From NCBI GenBank assembly GCA_037443385.1, contig JBBIOL010000003.1, forward strand, positions 2,542 to 66,541: a stretch of DNA of 64,000 nt, written 5' to 3'. Shown one piece after another: positions 23,488 to 32,649 of the stretch. Below the pieces are notes generated by a model that made no database searches, was not told where the DNA came from, and was given only the letters and a program-made list of their open reading frames with translations. How positions within the stretch are numbered: the stretch's first letter is position 1; each line of letters starts with the position of its first letter. The stretch is from Anaeromyxobacteraceae bacterium (GTDB lineage Bacteria > Myxococcota > Myxococcia > Myxococcales > Anaeromyxobacteraceae). Made by a program: the position numbers and the translations under genes.

Positions 23488-24488
23488 TCGAGATCGAGGT
23501 CAGCGCCGACGCCGCCGGCCAGCGGCTCGACAAGTACGTGCGCCGCGCGCTGCGCGACGTTCCGCTCTCCCACGTCTACAAGATGTTCCGCACCCGCAAG
23601 ATCCGGGTGAACGGCGCCCGCGGCCGCCCCGAGCAGCTGCTCGCGCCCGGCGACCGCATCGCCATCCGGGGCGACGAGGAGCGGCTGCGCGCGCCGGCCG
23701 AGGACGCCGGCCCGGGCCGGCGCCCGGCGCGGCGCACCTTCGGCATCCTGCTCGAGGACGAGCACCTGCTCGTGGTGGACAAGCCGGCCGGCCTGGCCGC
23801 GCACCCCGGCAGCGGCATCGAGGGGGCCACGCTCGTGGACGAGGTGCGCGACTACCTGCGCGTGCCCGCCGACGCGCCGTCCGGCGAGTTCCGCCCGAGC
23901 CCCGCCCACCGGCTCGACCGGGAGACCTCGGGCGTGGTGCTCGTGGCGAAGACCCGTCGGGCCATGGTGCGGCTGGGGGAGCTCTTCACCGAGGGAGACG
24001 ACCTGCGCAAGGCCTACCTGGCGCTCGCCAAGGGCAAGTTCGCGAAGGGAGCGGGCGTCATCGACCTGCCGCTCTCCGAGCACGAGCAGACCGCCCGCTC
24101 GAAGGACCGGCACGGGGTCAAGTTCCAGGAGGCGCTCACCCGCTGGCAGGTCTGCTCGGCCAACCACGACGCCTCGCTGCTCCGGGTGACCATCGAGACC
24201 GGACGCACCCACCAGATCCGGCGCCACCTGCAGGCGGCCGGCCACCCGGTGGCCGGGGACCGCCGCTACGGCGACTTCGGCTTCAACCGGGAGGCCCGCG
24301 CCCGCTGGGGGCTCCGGCGCATGTTCCTGCACGCCTGGCGGCTCGAGATCCCCCACCCGGTCACCGGCGCGCCCATGCGCCTCGAGGCCCCGGTCCCGGC
24401 CGAGCTCGAGGACGTCCTCTCCCGGGCGAACCTCGATCCCCCCCCCGGGACGGCGCCGCGGGCCGCCGCTCCGGCGAAGCGGAATTGA
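23484..24488 (+). CDS. RluA-family 23S rRNA pseudouridine synthase (S4 domain + catalytic domain)
   Basis: It has a GTGA overlap with the upstream gene, an S4-like N-terminus (RLDKYV...KIRVNG), the catalytic HRLDRETSG motif and TGRTHQIRRHL. Confidence 0.88.
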   Translation: MIEIEVSADAAGQRLDKYVRRALRDVPLSHVYKMFRTRKIRVNGARGRPEQLLAPGDRIAIRGDEERLRAPAEDAGPGRRPARRTFGILLEDEHLLVVDKPAGLAAHPGSGIEGATLVDEVRDYLRVPADAPSGEFRPSPAHRLDRETSGVVLVAKTRRAMVRLGELFTEGDDLRKAYLALAKGKFAKGAGVIDLPLSEHEQTARSKDRHGVKFQEALTRWQVCSANHDASLLRVTIETGRTHQIRRHLQAAGHPVAGDRRYGDFGFNREARARWGLRRMFLHAWRLEIPHPVTGAPMRLEAPVPAELEDVLSRANLDPPPGTAPRAAAPAKRN

Positions 24489-24521
24489 TCCGGGCCCGGC
24501 GCCTGCCTACAGTCACCCCGG

Positions 24522-27071
24522 ATGGCGGCGGAGCCCGGACCACACGAGGAGCGGCACGCGCCGGACGACGTCCCGCCGCGCCGCCCCGTGCTCCGGACCG
24601 CGCTGCGCTGGTCGGTCTTCCTCCTCCTGCTCCTCGCCAACCTGGCGCTCGTCGCCGCGGTGGCGGGCTACGCCTGGCTCTCCCGCGGCCTGCCGTCGGT
24701 GGAATCCCTCGCCACCTACCGGCCGCCGGTGGTCACCGAGGTGACGAGCGCCGACGGCCAGGTCGTCGGCGAGCTCTTCGCCGAGCGGCGCCGGGTGGTC
24801 CCCTACGACCGCATCCCGGCCCACGTGGTGCAGGCCTTCCTGGCGGCCGAGGACAAGAACTTCTTCCAGCACCACGGGGTGGACTGGCTGGGCACGCTGC
24901 GGGCCGGGGTGAACACCTACGTCCGGCGCAGGAAGGTCCAGGGCGGCTCGACCATCACCCAGCAGACCGCCAAGGCGCTTCTCGTCTCGGCCGAGGGCTT
25001 CGCCGAGGGCACCCGCAAGAACCTCCGCCGCAAGGCCCGCGAGGCCATCCTGGCGGCGCGCCTCGAGCAGGCCTTCGGCAAGCGGGAGCTGCTCTGGCTG
25101 TACCTGAACGGCGTCTACCTCGGCCACCACAGCTACGGGATCGAGTCGGCCTCCGAGAACTACTTCCGCAAGACCGTCTCCGAGCTCGACGTGGCCGAGG
25201 CCGCCCTGCTCGCCGGGTTGCCGCAGGCTCCCAGCCGGTACTCCCCGGTCCTCCATCCGGAGGAGGCCCGGAAGCGGCGCTCCTACGTGCTGCGGCGCAT
25301 GCGGGAGGACGGCGCCATCACCGAGGCCGAGCGCCAGGCCGCCGACGCGTCGCCGGTGCGGGTGCACGCCATCGACGACCCGTTCCGGGAGGTGGCCCCC
25401 TTCTACGCCGAGGCGGTGCGACGGCGGGTGGTCGAGCGCCTGGGCGGCCCCCGGGTCCTGCGCGACGGCCTGCGCATCGAGACCTCCATGGACCTCGACG
25501 AGCAGCGGGCCGCGCAGCGGGCCATGCTGGAGGGGCTGCTCGACGTCGATCGCCGGCAGGGCTTCTGGGGGCCGGTTGCGCGGGTGTCCGGGGGCGACCG
25601 GGAGGCGCTGCGCGCGCGGCTCGGCCGGGCCTGGCCGGCCGGGACGCTGCGGCCCGGCGACTACGCGGTGGGGATCGTCACGGCGGTGAACGACGGGAGC
25701 GGCCAAGTGCGCGTCGAGGTGGGGGACGAGGTGGGCGTGCTTCCCGTGGCCGGGATGCGCTGGGCCCGCGCTCCCAACCCCCAGGTACACTGGGAGTATG
25801 CGATGCAGGCCCGGCCCTCGGCGGCGCTCCACGTGGGCGACGTGGTGCTGGTGCGGAGGACCACCCGCGAGGAGCTGCAGGCCGCGGAGCGGCAGTGGAA
25901 GGCGGGGAGGCCGGCCGAGGTCCCCGACCTCCCGGTGCTCCTCGCGCTCGAGCAGGAGCCCCGGCTGCAGGGCGCGCTCGTTGCCGTCGACCCGGGGACC
26001 GGCTACGTCCCGGCGCTGGTGGGGGGCTACGACTTCGAGGCCTCCGAGTTCGACCGGGCCCACCAGGCCTGCCGCCAGCCGGGCAGCGCCTTCAAGCCCA
26101 TCCTCTATGCGGCGGCCATCGAGAAGCTCGGCTTCACCCCGTCCACGCTGCTCACCGACGCACCGGTGGTCTTCCGGGACTCGGAGCGGTCCTGGAAGCC
26201 GCAGAACTTCGGCGAGGACTTCAAGGGGGAGGTCCCGCTCCGTTCCGCGGTGATCTCCTCCATGAACATCCCGGCCGTGAAGACCGCCGAGCTGCTCGCC
26301 CGGAAGATGGGCCCGGCCTTCCTGGGGCAGTGGGCGGCCGCGCTCGGGCTCGGCACGCCGGTGAAGGAGGAGCTGGGGAGCGCGCTCGGGAGCTCGTGCA
26401 CCCACCTCGTCGACCTGGTCGAGGTCTACGCGCTGCTCGACCGCCAGGGCACCCGGCGCCCCTCGCTGCTCGTGAAGCGGGTGGTGGACCGGGACGGGGG
26501 GCTGCTCGAGGACCGGGTGGCGCCGTCCGATCCCTGGGCGCCGCTCTCCGAGCGGCTGGCCGGGGCCTACGCCGAGGTCCGGGAGGAGCCGGAGCGGGTG
26601 GTGGACCGGCGGGCCGCCTTCGTGCTCCAGCACCTCATGCAGGAGGTGGCCACGGTGGGGACCGGCGCCCAGGCGGCCCGGCTCGGCAAGCCGGTGGCCG
26701 GCAAGACCGGCACCACGAACGACTCCTTCGACACCTGGTTCCTGGGCTACACGGTGGACCGGGTGGCCGGGGTCTGGCTCGGCTTCGATCGCAACGAGCA
26801 GCCGCTCGGGCGCGCCGAGACCGGCGGCAGGGCGGCGCTCCCCATCTGGCTCGCCTACATGCAGGCGGCCCTGCGCGACCGGCCCCAGCCCGACTTCCCC
26901 ATCCCGGAGGGCATCGTCTTCGCGCGGATCGACCCCAGGACCGGCGAGGCGGTGGAGCCCTTCGGCGCGGGCGTGCTCGAGCCCTACCTGGAGGGAACCG
27001 AGCCGCGCCTTCGGGAGCCGGGGGAGGCCGGGGCCACCCGGGTCGAGGTGCGCGACCTCTTCTCGGAATGA
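24522..27071 (+). CDS. mrcA: Penicillin-binding protein 1A (bifunctional transglycosylase/transpeptidase)
   Basis: 849 aa with the glycosyltransferase motifs EDKNFFQHHGVD and GGSTITQQ, and the transpeptidase motifs SAFKP (SxxK) and KTGTTN. Confidence 0.9.
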   Translation: MAAEPGPHEERHAPDDVPPRRPVLRTALRWSVFLLLLLANLALVAAVAGYAWLSRGLPSVESLATYRPPVVTEVTSADGQVVGELFAERRRVVPYDRIPAHVVQAFLAAEDKNFFQHHGVDWLGTLRAGVNTYVRRRKVQGGSTITQQTAKALLVSAEGFAEGTRKNLRRKAREAILAARLEQAFGKRELLWLYLNGVYLGHHSYGIESASENYFRKTVSELDVAEAALLAGLPQAPSRYSPVLHPEEARKRRSYVLRRMREDGAITEAERQAADASPVRVHAIDDPFREVAPFYAEAVRRRVVERLGGPRVLRDGLRIETSMDLDEQRAAQRAMLEGLLDVDRRQGFWGPVARVSGGDREALRARLGRAWPAGTLRPGDYAVGIVTAVNDGSGQVRVEVGDEVGVLPVAGMRWARAPNPQVHWEYAMQARPSAALHVGDVVLVRRTTREELQAAERQWKAGRPAEVPDLPVLLALEQEPRLQGALVAVDPGTGYVPALVGGYDFEASEFDRAHQACRQPGSAFKPILYAAAIEKLGFTPSTLLTDAPVVFRDSERSWKPQNFGEDFKGEVPLRSAVISSMNIPAVKTAELLARKMGPAFLGQWAAALGLGTPVKEELGSALGSSCTHLVDLVEVYALLDRQGTRRPSLLVKRVVDRDGGLLEDRVAPSDPWAPLSERLAGAYAEVREEPERVVDRRAAFVLQHLMQEVATVGTGAQAARLGKPVAGKTGTTNDSFDTWFLGYTVDRVAGVWLGFDRNEQPLGRAETGGRAALPIWLAYMQAALRDRPQPDFPIPEGIVFARIDPRTGEAVEPFGAGVLEPYLEGTEPRLREPGEAGATRVEVRDLFSE

Positions 27072-27478
27072 GGGCCGGCCGCGGCCAGCGCGAGCACCGC
27101 CTTCCACTGGCTCCCGGTGAGCGGCAGCACCGAGAGGCGTCCCTGGCGGAGGAGCGGCGATCCCGCGAAGGCCCGCGCGCTGCGGAGCGCCTCGAGCGGC
27201 ACCGGCGCGGGGAGCGGGCGATCGGCGGACAGCGCGACGGCGACCCGCCGGCCGCTCGCGTCCCCGGGATCGGGGACTGGCAGGGCGGCGACCCGCGCCA
27301 GGCCGACCGCGACCCTGTCCCCCGAGTGGTAGACGAGCACCGCATCGCCGGGGCGCATGGCCCTCAGGCTGGCCTGGGCCTGCGGGTTGGAAACGCCGTC
27401 CCAGAGCGTCTTCCGATCGCGCGACAGGTCGGCGAACGCGTACGTGGACGGCTCCGTCTTGACGAGCCAGAAGGGCAT
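26984..27478 (-). CDS. EVE (PUA-like) domain protein
   Basis: 164 aa. MPFWLVKTEPSTYAFADL...WDGVSNPQA...PGDAVLVYHS is the EVE pattern. The last roughly 30 codons overlap the 3' end of the PBP1A gene in antisense. Confidence 0.75.
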   Translation of the reverse strand: MPFWLVKTEPSTYAFADLSRDRKTLWDGVSNPQAQASLRAMRPGDAVLVYHSGDRVAVGLARVAALPVPDPGDASGRRVAVALSADRPLPAPVPLEALRSARAFAGSPLLRQGRLSVLPLTGSQWKAVLALAAAGPHSEKRSRTSTRVAPASPGSRRRGSVPSR

Positions 27479-27502
27479 GCCGTGTTATAACCACGCCTTC
27501 CC

Positions 27503-27901
27503 ATGTTCGGCCTCGGCTTCGGCGAGATCGTCATCATCCTCGTGCTCGCGCTCGTGCTCCTCGGGCCGCAGAAGCTGCCCGAGGTGGCGAAGCAGCTCGG
27601 CAAGGGGCTGCGGGATTTCAAGAAGGCCACCGACGACCTGAAGGGCCAGTTCGAGCGGGAGCTCTACGCCGAGGAGCAGAAGGCGCCGCGTCCCCGCATC
27701 GCCCCGCCCACCGGGGCCGAGCCGGTGCCCGCCGGCCCGCCGCAGCCCGTGCCGCCCCCCACCGCCGAGAACGTCCCCGGACTCGACGCCGCGCTCGCCG
27801 AGCCGGTGCCGGTCCCGGTCGCCGCGGCCCCGGTGGCCGCCGCCGCGCCCGGCCCTGCGGCCGAGCCCGACCCCGCGTCCGGCCCCTCCCGGCTCTCATG
27901 A
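27503..27901 (+). CDS. tatA: Twin-arginine translocase TatA/TatB-family protein
   Basis: The N-terminus MFGLGFGEIVIILVLALVLLGPQKLPE is followed by an amphipathic helix. The long Pro/Ala-rich tail (132 aa total) makes a TatB-like role possible. Confidence 0.85.
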   Translation: MFGLGFGEIVIILVLALVLLGPQKLPEVAKQLGKGLRDFKKATDDLKGQFERELYAEEQKAPRPRIAPPTGAEPVPAGPPQPVPPPTAENVPGLDAALAEPVPVPVAAAPVAAAAPGPAAEPDPASGPSRLS

Positions 27902-28707
27902 GCGAGCCCGGCGACACGCCCCCCGCCGGGGAGAGCGAGCCTCCCGCGCCGGAAGGCGAGGTCCGGGCCTCCTTCTTCGACCACCTCACCGAGCTCCGCG
28001 TCCGGCTGGTCCGGGCGCTCCTCGGCGTGGCGGTGGGCGTGGCGGTGGCCGGCTGGTTCTCCGACCGGATCTTCCGCTGGGTGATGGAGCCGGTGCTGGC
28101 CTCGCTGCCGGAGGGGCAGCGGGCGCTCAACTACACGAGCTACCTCGAGCCCTTCCTGGTCTACCTCAAGGTCGCGCTCTACGGCGGCACCTTCCTCGCG
28201 GCGCCCTGGGTGCTGTTCCAGCTGTGGCTCTTCGTGGCGCCCGGGCTCTACAAGCGGGAGAAGTCGCTCGTCATCCCCTTCGTCGCCATCGGGACGCTGC
28301 TCTTCTACTGCGGCGTGGCCTTCACCTACTTCGCGGTCATGCCCTTCGCCTTCCCGGCGCTCGCCTCCATCGCCGGGCCGGACATGCGCCCCATCCTCAC
28401 CATGCGGGAGCAGCTCACGCTGGTTCTCGCCATGATGCTCGGGTTCGGCGTGGTCTTCGAGATCCCGGTGATCATCGCCTTCCTGGCCATGATCGGGCTC
28501 GTGACCCCCGAGTTCCTGGCCAAGTACCGGCGCCACGCCATCATCGTGAACGTGATCCTGGCGGCGATCCTCACGCCCACCGGCGATCCCTTCAACCTCT
28601 TCCTCATGGCCGCGCCCATGGTCGTCTTCTACGAGGTGGGGATCCTGGCGGCGCGCCTGGTGCGGAAGCGCAAGAAGGCCCCCGACCCGGTCGAAGCGGC
28701 CTCGTGA
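27898..28707 (+). CDS. tatC: Twin-arginine translocase subunit TatC
   Basis: 269 aa with six TM segments. FFDHLTELRVRL, PGLYKREK and LTPTGDPFN are TatC signatures. It has an ATGA overlap with tatA. Confidence 0.92.
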   Translation: MSEPGDTPPAGESEPPAPEGEVRASFFDHLTELRVRLVRALLGVAVGVAVAGWFSDRIFRWVMEPVLASLPEGQRALNYTSYLEPFLVYLKVALYGGTFLAAPWVLFQLWLFVAPGLYKREKSLVIPFVAIGTLLFYCGVAFTYFAVMPFAFPALASIAGPDMRPILTMREQLTLVLAMMLGFGVVFEIPVIIAFLAMIGLVTPEFLAKYRRHAIIVNVILAAILTPTGDPFNLFLMAAPMVVFYEVGILAARLVRKRKKAPDPVEAAS

Positions 28708-29366
28708 CCGTCCTCCTCGCGCTGGCCGGCTTCTACGCCGCCATGATGGTGCTGCGCTACGGCCGGCGGGGCCTGCTCGCCGTGGTCCCCGGGCTCGTCT
28801 CCTCCCGCTCCACGCCTGCGGGACCGCCGCCCACCGATGCCCAGCGCGCCGCGTCCGACCTGCTCCTCCCCCTGGGGTTCCGCCGGCTGGGCAGCCGGGT
28901 GGAGGACGGGCCGCTGCGCGGGCTCGGGCTCCGCTCCGAGGCCTTCGCCGAGGAGGGCGGAACGGCGTTCGCCGACGCCTTCGAGATGGGGCCGCGCCCC
29001 GGCGAGGTCGCGCGGGTGCAGCTCCTCACCACCTTCCCCGACGGGGCGGCGGTCCTCACCGCCAACCACGCCCGCGCCCCGCGGTCGGGCGCGCGCGGCG
29101 AGGTGACCGGCCTCCCCGGGGCCGCCCTCGACCAGGTGCTCGCCGTGCACGCGCGGGCCGTCTCCCGCCAGGCCCGCTCCCACGGGGCGCCGGACCCGGC
29201 ACGGGACCTCGCCGCCCGCGACGCCGCGGCGCGCGCCTGGTACGGCGGGCTGGGCGGCAGCGAGCTGCGCCGCCGCTTCGCGATCTACCTCGTGAACACG
29301 CTCGTCGCCCTGGGCATCCTGGCCTACTGCGTGGCCTCGCTCGCCCGGTCCCGCGCCGCGCCCTGA
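28704..29366 (+). CDS. Hypothetical membrane protein coupled to tatC
   Basis: GTG 28704 overlaps the tatC stop (GTGA). It has N- and C-terminal hydrophobic helices, high GC3 and no recognisable family. Confidence 0.5.
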   Translation: MTVLLALAGFYAAMMVLRYGRRGLLAVVPGLVSSRSTPAGPPPTDAQRAASDLLLPLGFRRLGSRVEDGPLRGLGLRSEAFAEEGGTAFADAFEMGPRPGEVARVQLLTTFPDGAAVLTANHARAPRSGARGEVTGLPGAALDQVLAVHARAVSRQARSHGAPDPARDLAARDAAARAWYGGLGGSELRRRFAIYLVNTLVALGILAYCVASLARSRAAP

Positions 29367-29390
29367 AGCCGCCCGAACCCGGAGGTCCGC

Positions 29391-30587
29391 ATGCGTTCCG
29401 CCACATCCCAGGACGTCGTCCTCGTCGCCGGTCGCCGCACCCCGTTCGGCACCTACGGCGGGAGCCTGAGAGATCTCGGCGCGACCGACCTCGCGGTACA
29501 CGCCGCCGGGGCCGCGCTGCGCGACGCCGGGCTCCCCCCCGACGCCATCGGCCACGTGGTGGTGGGCAACGTGCTGCAGACCTCCGCCGACGCCATCTAC
29601 CTGGCCCGTCACGTCGGCCTGCGCGTGGGCGTGCCGGTGGAGACGCCGGCGCTCATCGTGAACCGGCTGTGCGGCTCCGGCTTCGAGGCGGTGGTCCAGG
29701 GCGTGCTCCAGATCGCCACCGGTCAGGCCGAGGCGGTGCTGGTGGGCGGGACCGAGTCGATGAGCCAGGCTCCCTACGTGCTCCGCGGCGGCCGCTTCGG
29801 CGTGCCGCTCGGGAAGACCCCGGCGCTCGAGGATTCGCTCTGGACCGCGCTCACCGACACCCAGGCCCGCATGCCCATGGCGCTCACCGCCGAGAAGCTG
29901 GCCGAGCAGTACCGCATCACCCAGGACGAGGTGGACGCGTTCAGCGTGCTCTCGCAGCGCCGCACCGCCGAGGCCCAGGCGGCGGGGCGCCTCGACGCGG
30001 AGATCACGCCGGTGGAGATCGAGACCCGCAAGGGCAAGGTGGTCTTCGCGCGCGACGAGCACCCGCGCCCCGACACCACCGTGGAGGGGCTGCGCAAGCT
30101 GCCCCGGATCTTCAAGAAGGACGGCGTCATCCACGCCGGCGCGGCGAGCGGCGTGGCCGACGGCGCGGCCATGATGGTGCTCATGGGCCGGGAGGCGGCC
30201 GAGAGGCGCGGCCTCGCGCCGCTCGCCCGCATCGTCAACTGGGGGGTGGCCGGCGTCGACCCCACCGTGATGGGGATCGGGCCGGTGCCGGCCTTCCGGA
30301 ACGCCATGGCCCGCGCCGGGGCGAAGCTCTCCGACTTCGATCTCTTCGAGGTGAACGAGGCCTTCGCGCCGCAGTACCTGGCGGTGGAGAAGGAGCTCGG
30401 CCTCCCCCGCGACCGGACCAACGTCGACGGGGGCGCCATCGCGCTGGGCCACCCGCTGGGGGCGAGCGGCGCCCGGCTCACGCTTCACGTCGTGCAGGCG
30501 CTCCGGCAGCGGCGCGGGCGGTTCGGCCTGGCCGGGGCGTGCATCGGCGGCGGGCAGGGTATCGCGGTCGTGGTCGAGGCGCTGTAG
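29391..30587 (+). CDS. Acetyl-CoA C-acetyltransferase (thiolase II)
   Basis: 398 aa with the active-site NRLCGSG, NEAFA, GHPLGASG and CIGGGQG motifs. Confidence 0.92.
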   Translation: MRSATSQDVVLVAGRRTPFGTYGGSLRDLGATDLAVHAAGAALRDAGLPPDAIGHVVVGNVLQTSADAIYLARHVGLRVGVPVETPALIVNRLCGSGFEAVVQGVLQIATGQAEAVLVGGTESMSQAPYVLRGGRFGVPLGKTPALEDSLWTALTDTQARMPMALTAEKLAEQYRITQDEVDAFSVLSQRRTAEAQAAGRLDAEITPVEIETRKGKVVFARDEHPRPDTTVEGLRKLPRIFKKDGVIHAGAASGVADGAAMMVLMGREAAERRGLAPLARIVNWGVAGVDPTVMGIGPVPAFRNAMARAGAKLSDFDLFEVNEAFAPQYLAVEKELGLPRDRTNVDGGAIALGHPLGASGARLTLHVVQALRQRRGRFGLAGACIGGGQGIAVVVEAL

Positions 30588-30599
30588 GCTCGGGGCGAG

Positions 30600-30803
30600 G
30601 TGGCGACCATGGAGAGGTTCACGGGGTGCAAGGTCTTCTCGGCGACGCTGGCGCGCGACCGGGACGCCATGAGCGACACCATCAACGCCTGGCTGGCGAA
30701 GCACCCCGACCTGGACATCGTCGACAAGACGGTGACGCTCTCGTCCGACAAGCAGTTCCACTGCCTGACCATCATCCTCTTCTTCCGCGAGCGGAAGGCG
30801 TAG
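30600..30803 (+). CDS. Small hypothetical protein (64-67 aa)
   Basis: High-GC3 ORF. ATG 30609 with GAGGTGG 6 nt upstream is the more likely start than GTG 30600. No family is recognised. Confidence 0.5.
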   Translation: MATMERFTGCKVFSATLARDRDAMSDTINAWLAKHPDLDIVDKTVTLSSDKQFHCLTIILFFRERKA

Positions 30804-30806
30804 GTC

Positions 30807-31520
30807 GTGGCGCGCGGCCGCCCCGGAAACCCCCTCGACTTCGGGGGTCGCGTCCCCGCCGCGGTGGGTGGCCTGCTCGTCGCCACGGGGGTGGTGAGCC
30901 TGGCGGCCGCGGTGGGCGACCGCAACGGTCTCCCGCTCGGCAACCTGCTCGCGCTCCGGACCGGGGCGGTGTGGGAGGGCGAGGTCTGGCGGCTCCTCAC
31001 CTGGGTCCTCGTCGAGGGCGACCCGCTCAACCTCCTCTTCGGAGGCCTCGTCCTCTACTGGTTCGGCCGCGACCTCGTCCTGGCCTGGGGGGAGCGGCGC
31101 TTCCTCGTCACCTGGTTCGCCGTCCCGGCCGTCGCGGCGGGGCTCGCCACCCTGCTCACGCTGGCCTGGCCGTCGCTCGGTGCCTACCGCTTCGGCGGGT
31201 TCTGGGTGGCCCTCGACGCCATCGTCGTGGCCTGGGGGCTCCTCCACCCCTTCCGCCAGATCCTGCTCTTCTTCGCGGTGCCGGTCTCCGGCCGGGCGCT
31301 CGTCCTCGTCACCGTCGGCGGCACCGTGCTCTTCGCGCTCTTCCTCGGCGTCGCGGCCTTCGTGCCGCACCTCCTCGCCGAGGGGCTCTCCTGGCTGCAC
31401 GCGAGCGGGAACGGTCCGGGGCGGTGGCTGCGCCGGCTGCGCATGCCGCGGCTGCGCCGGCGCGGACGCTTCGAGGTGATCCACGTCGACCGGGATCCGG
31501 ACCGGCGCTGGCTGAACTGA
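30807..31520 (+). CDS. Rhomboid-like polytopic membrane protein lacking the canonical catalytic Ser/His motifs
   Basis: 237 aa. VWRLLTWVL...NLLFGGLVLYWFG mirrors the rhomboid WRLxT...HxxxN segment but without the His residues, and GGFW replaces GxSG. Confidence 0.6.
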   Translation: MARGRPGNPLDFGGRVPAAVGGLLVATGVVSLAAAVGDRNGLPLGNLLALRTGAVWEGEVWRLLTWVLVEGDPLNLLFGGLVLYWFGRDLVLAWGERRFLVTWFAVPAVAAGLATLLTLAWPSLGAYRFGGFWVALDAIVVAWGLLHPFRQILLFFAVPVSGRALVLVTVGGTVLFALFLGVAAFVPHLLAEGLSWLHASGNGPGRWLRRLRMPRLRRRGRFEVIHVDRDPDRRWLN

Positions 31521-31544
31521 GCGCGCCCGCCGGGAGCCCGGCGC

Positions 31545-32570
31545 CTACCCGACCGTGAGCTGCCGGACCGCCGCGCGGAAGACCCAGACGCGGGCGGTGT
31601 GGGTGCGGGTGTCGAGCGGCAGCACGAAGAACCCCGGCGAGTCGGGCGCGTAGTCCGGCGAGAGGCCGGAGAGCTGCCGGCCGTCGCCGAAGGTGAGCCG
31701 GACGCGGGTACCGGCGGCCTGGACCGGGCGCTCGTCCGGGGGGAGCATGAAGAAGATCGCCTTCACCTGCTCGGCGGGCACGCGGGCCACCGCGCCGTTG
31801 GGCTGGAGCAGCGGGAGCTCGACGTCGGCGAGGTCGGCGTTGGCGAGCGACCCGCGCAGCACCTGCCCCTCGACGGTGTGGAGCACCACCCGGTGCTCCC
31901 CCGAGACGAACGACGGGGACGCCGCGAAGGCGCCCGCCGCGGACGGCGCCGGCGGGGGGACGACCGGGGGCGGCCCGGCCGACGGAGGGGCGGGGGGCAG
32001 CGGGGGCGGCAGCGGCGGGGCGAGCGACTCTGCGGCCGGGGGTGGGGGCGTGGCGAGCAGCGCGTCGAGCGAGACCACGTCCTCGACCGGGCCCTCCTCG
32101 TCCAGGAAGGAGACGGTGGCGACCTCGACGGTCGGCGCCGGGACCTCGTCGACGATCTCCTCCAGGTCCTCGGCGAGCACCTCCGGGACGTGCTCCTCCG
32201 CGTCCTCCACCACGACGCCGGCGAAGGCGGGGTCGGGGGGCGGGAGCGGCGGCGGGCCCGGATCCTCCGCGTCGACGGCCGGTCCGGGCGCGTCCGGCGG
32301 GGCGTCCCAGGTGGCGAGCTCGGCCGGGCTCCCGGCCACGAGGTCCGCGAGCGGCGCCGCGGGCTCCTCGACCGGGCCGGCCTCCCAGAGGACGGCGGTG
32401 GGCTCCTCGGGGGCGGGAGCGGGGGAATCGCCGCCCGGCGCCGGAACGGACGGCGGGGAGGCATTGCGCAGCTCCTCCAGCCGTGCCGCCTCGGCGGCGG
32501 TGAGCCCGTCGGTGCGGAGCCGGGCCTCGAGCTCGCGGAGTTCGTCTGTCGGTTCCAGGATGTCGGTCAT
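31545..32570 (-). CDS. Hypothetical protein with a long Pro/Ala/Glu-rich linker and a conserved-looking C-terminal domain
   Basis: 341 aa with high GC3. It has an N-terminal helix, about 190 aa of low-complexity P/A/E/D sequence and a roughly 115-aa C-terminal globular part (HRVVLHTVEGQVLRG...VKAIFFM...). No family is recognised. Confidence 0.6.
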   Translation of the reverse strand: MTDILEPTDELRELEARLRTDGLTAAEAARLEELRNASPPSVPAPGGDSPAPAPEEPTAVLWEAGPVEEPAAPLADLVAGSPAELATWDAPPDAPGPAVDAEDPGPPPLPPPDPAFAGVVVEDAEEHVPEVLAEDLEEIVDEVPAPTVEVATVSFLDEEGPVEDVVSLDALLATPPPPAAESLAPPLPPPLPPAPPSAGPPPVVPPPAPSAAGAFAASPSFVSGEHRVVLHTVEGQVLRGSLANADLADVELPLLQPNGAVARVPAEQVKAIFFMLPPDERPVQAAGTRVRLTFGDGRQLSGLSPDYAPDSPGFFVLPLDTRTHTARVWVFRAAVRQLTVG

Positions 32571-32649
32571 GGGTGCGGGCCGGGTCGACGCTCGATCATA
32601 CCGCCGGTAACGGAACGGTCAAAAAGGACCGGACCTTGATCGCCGGCCC

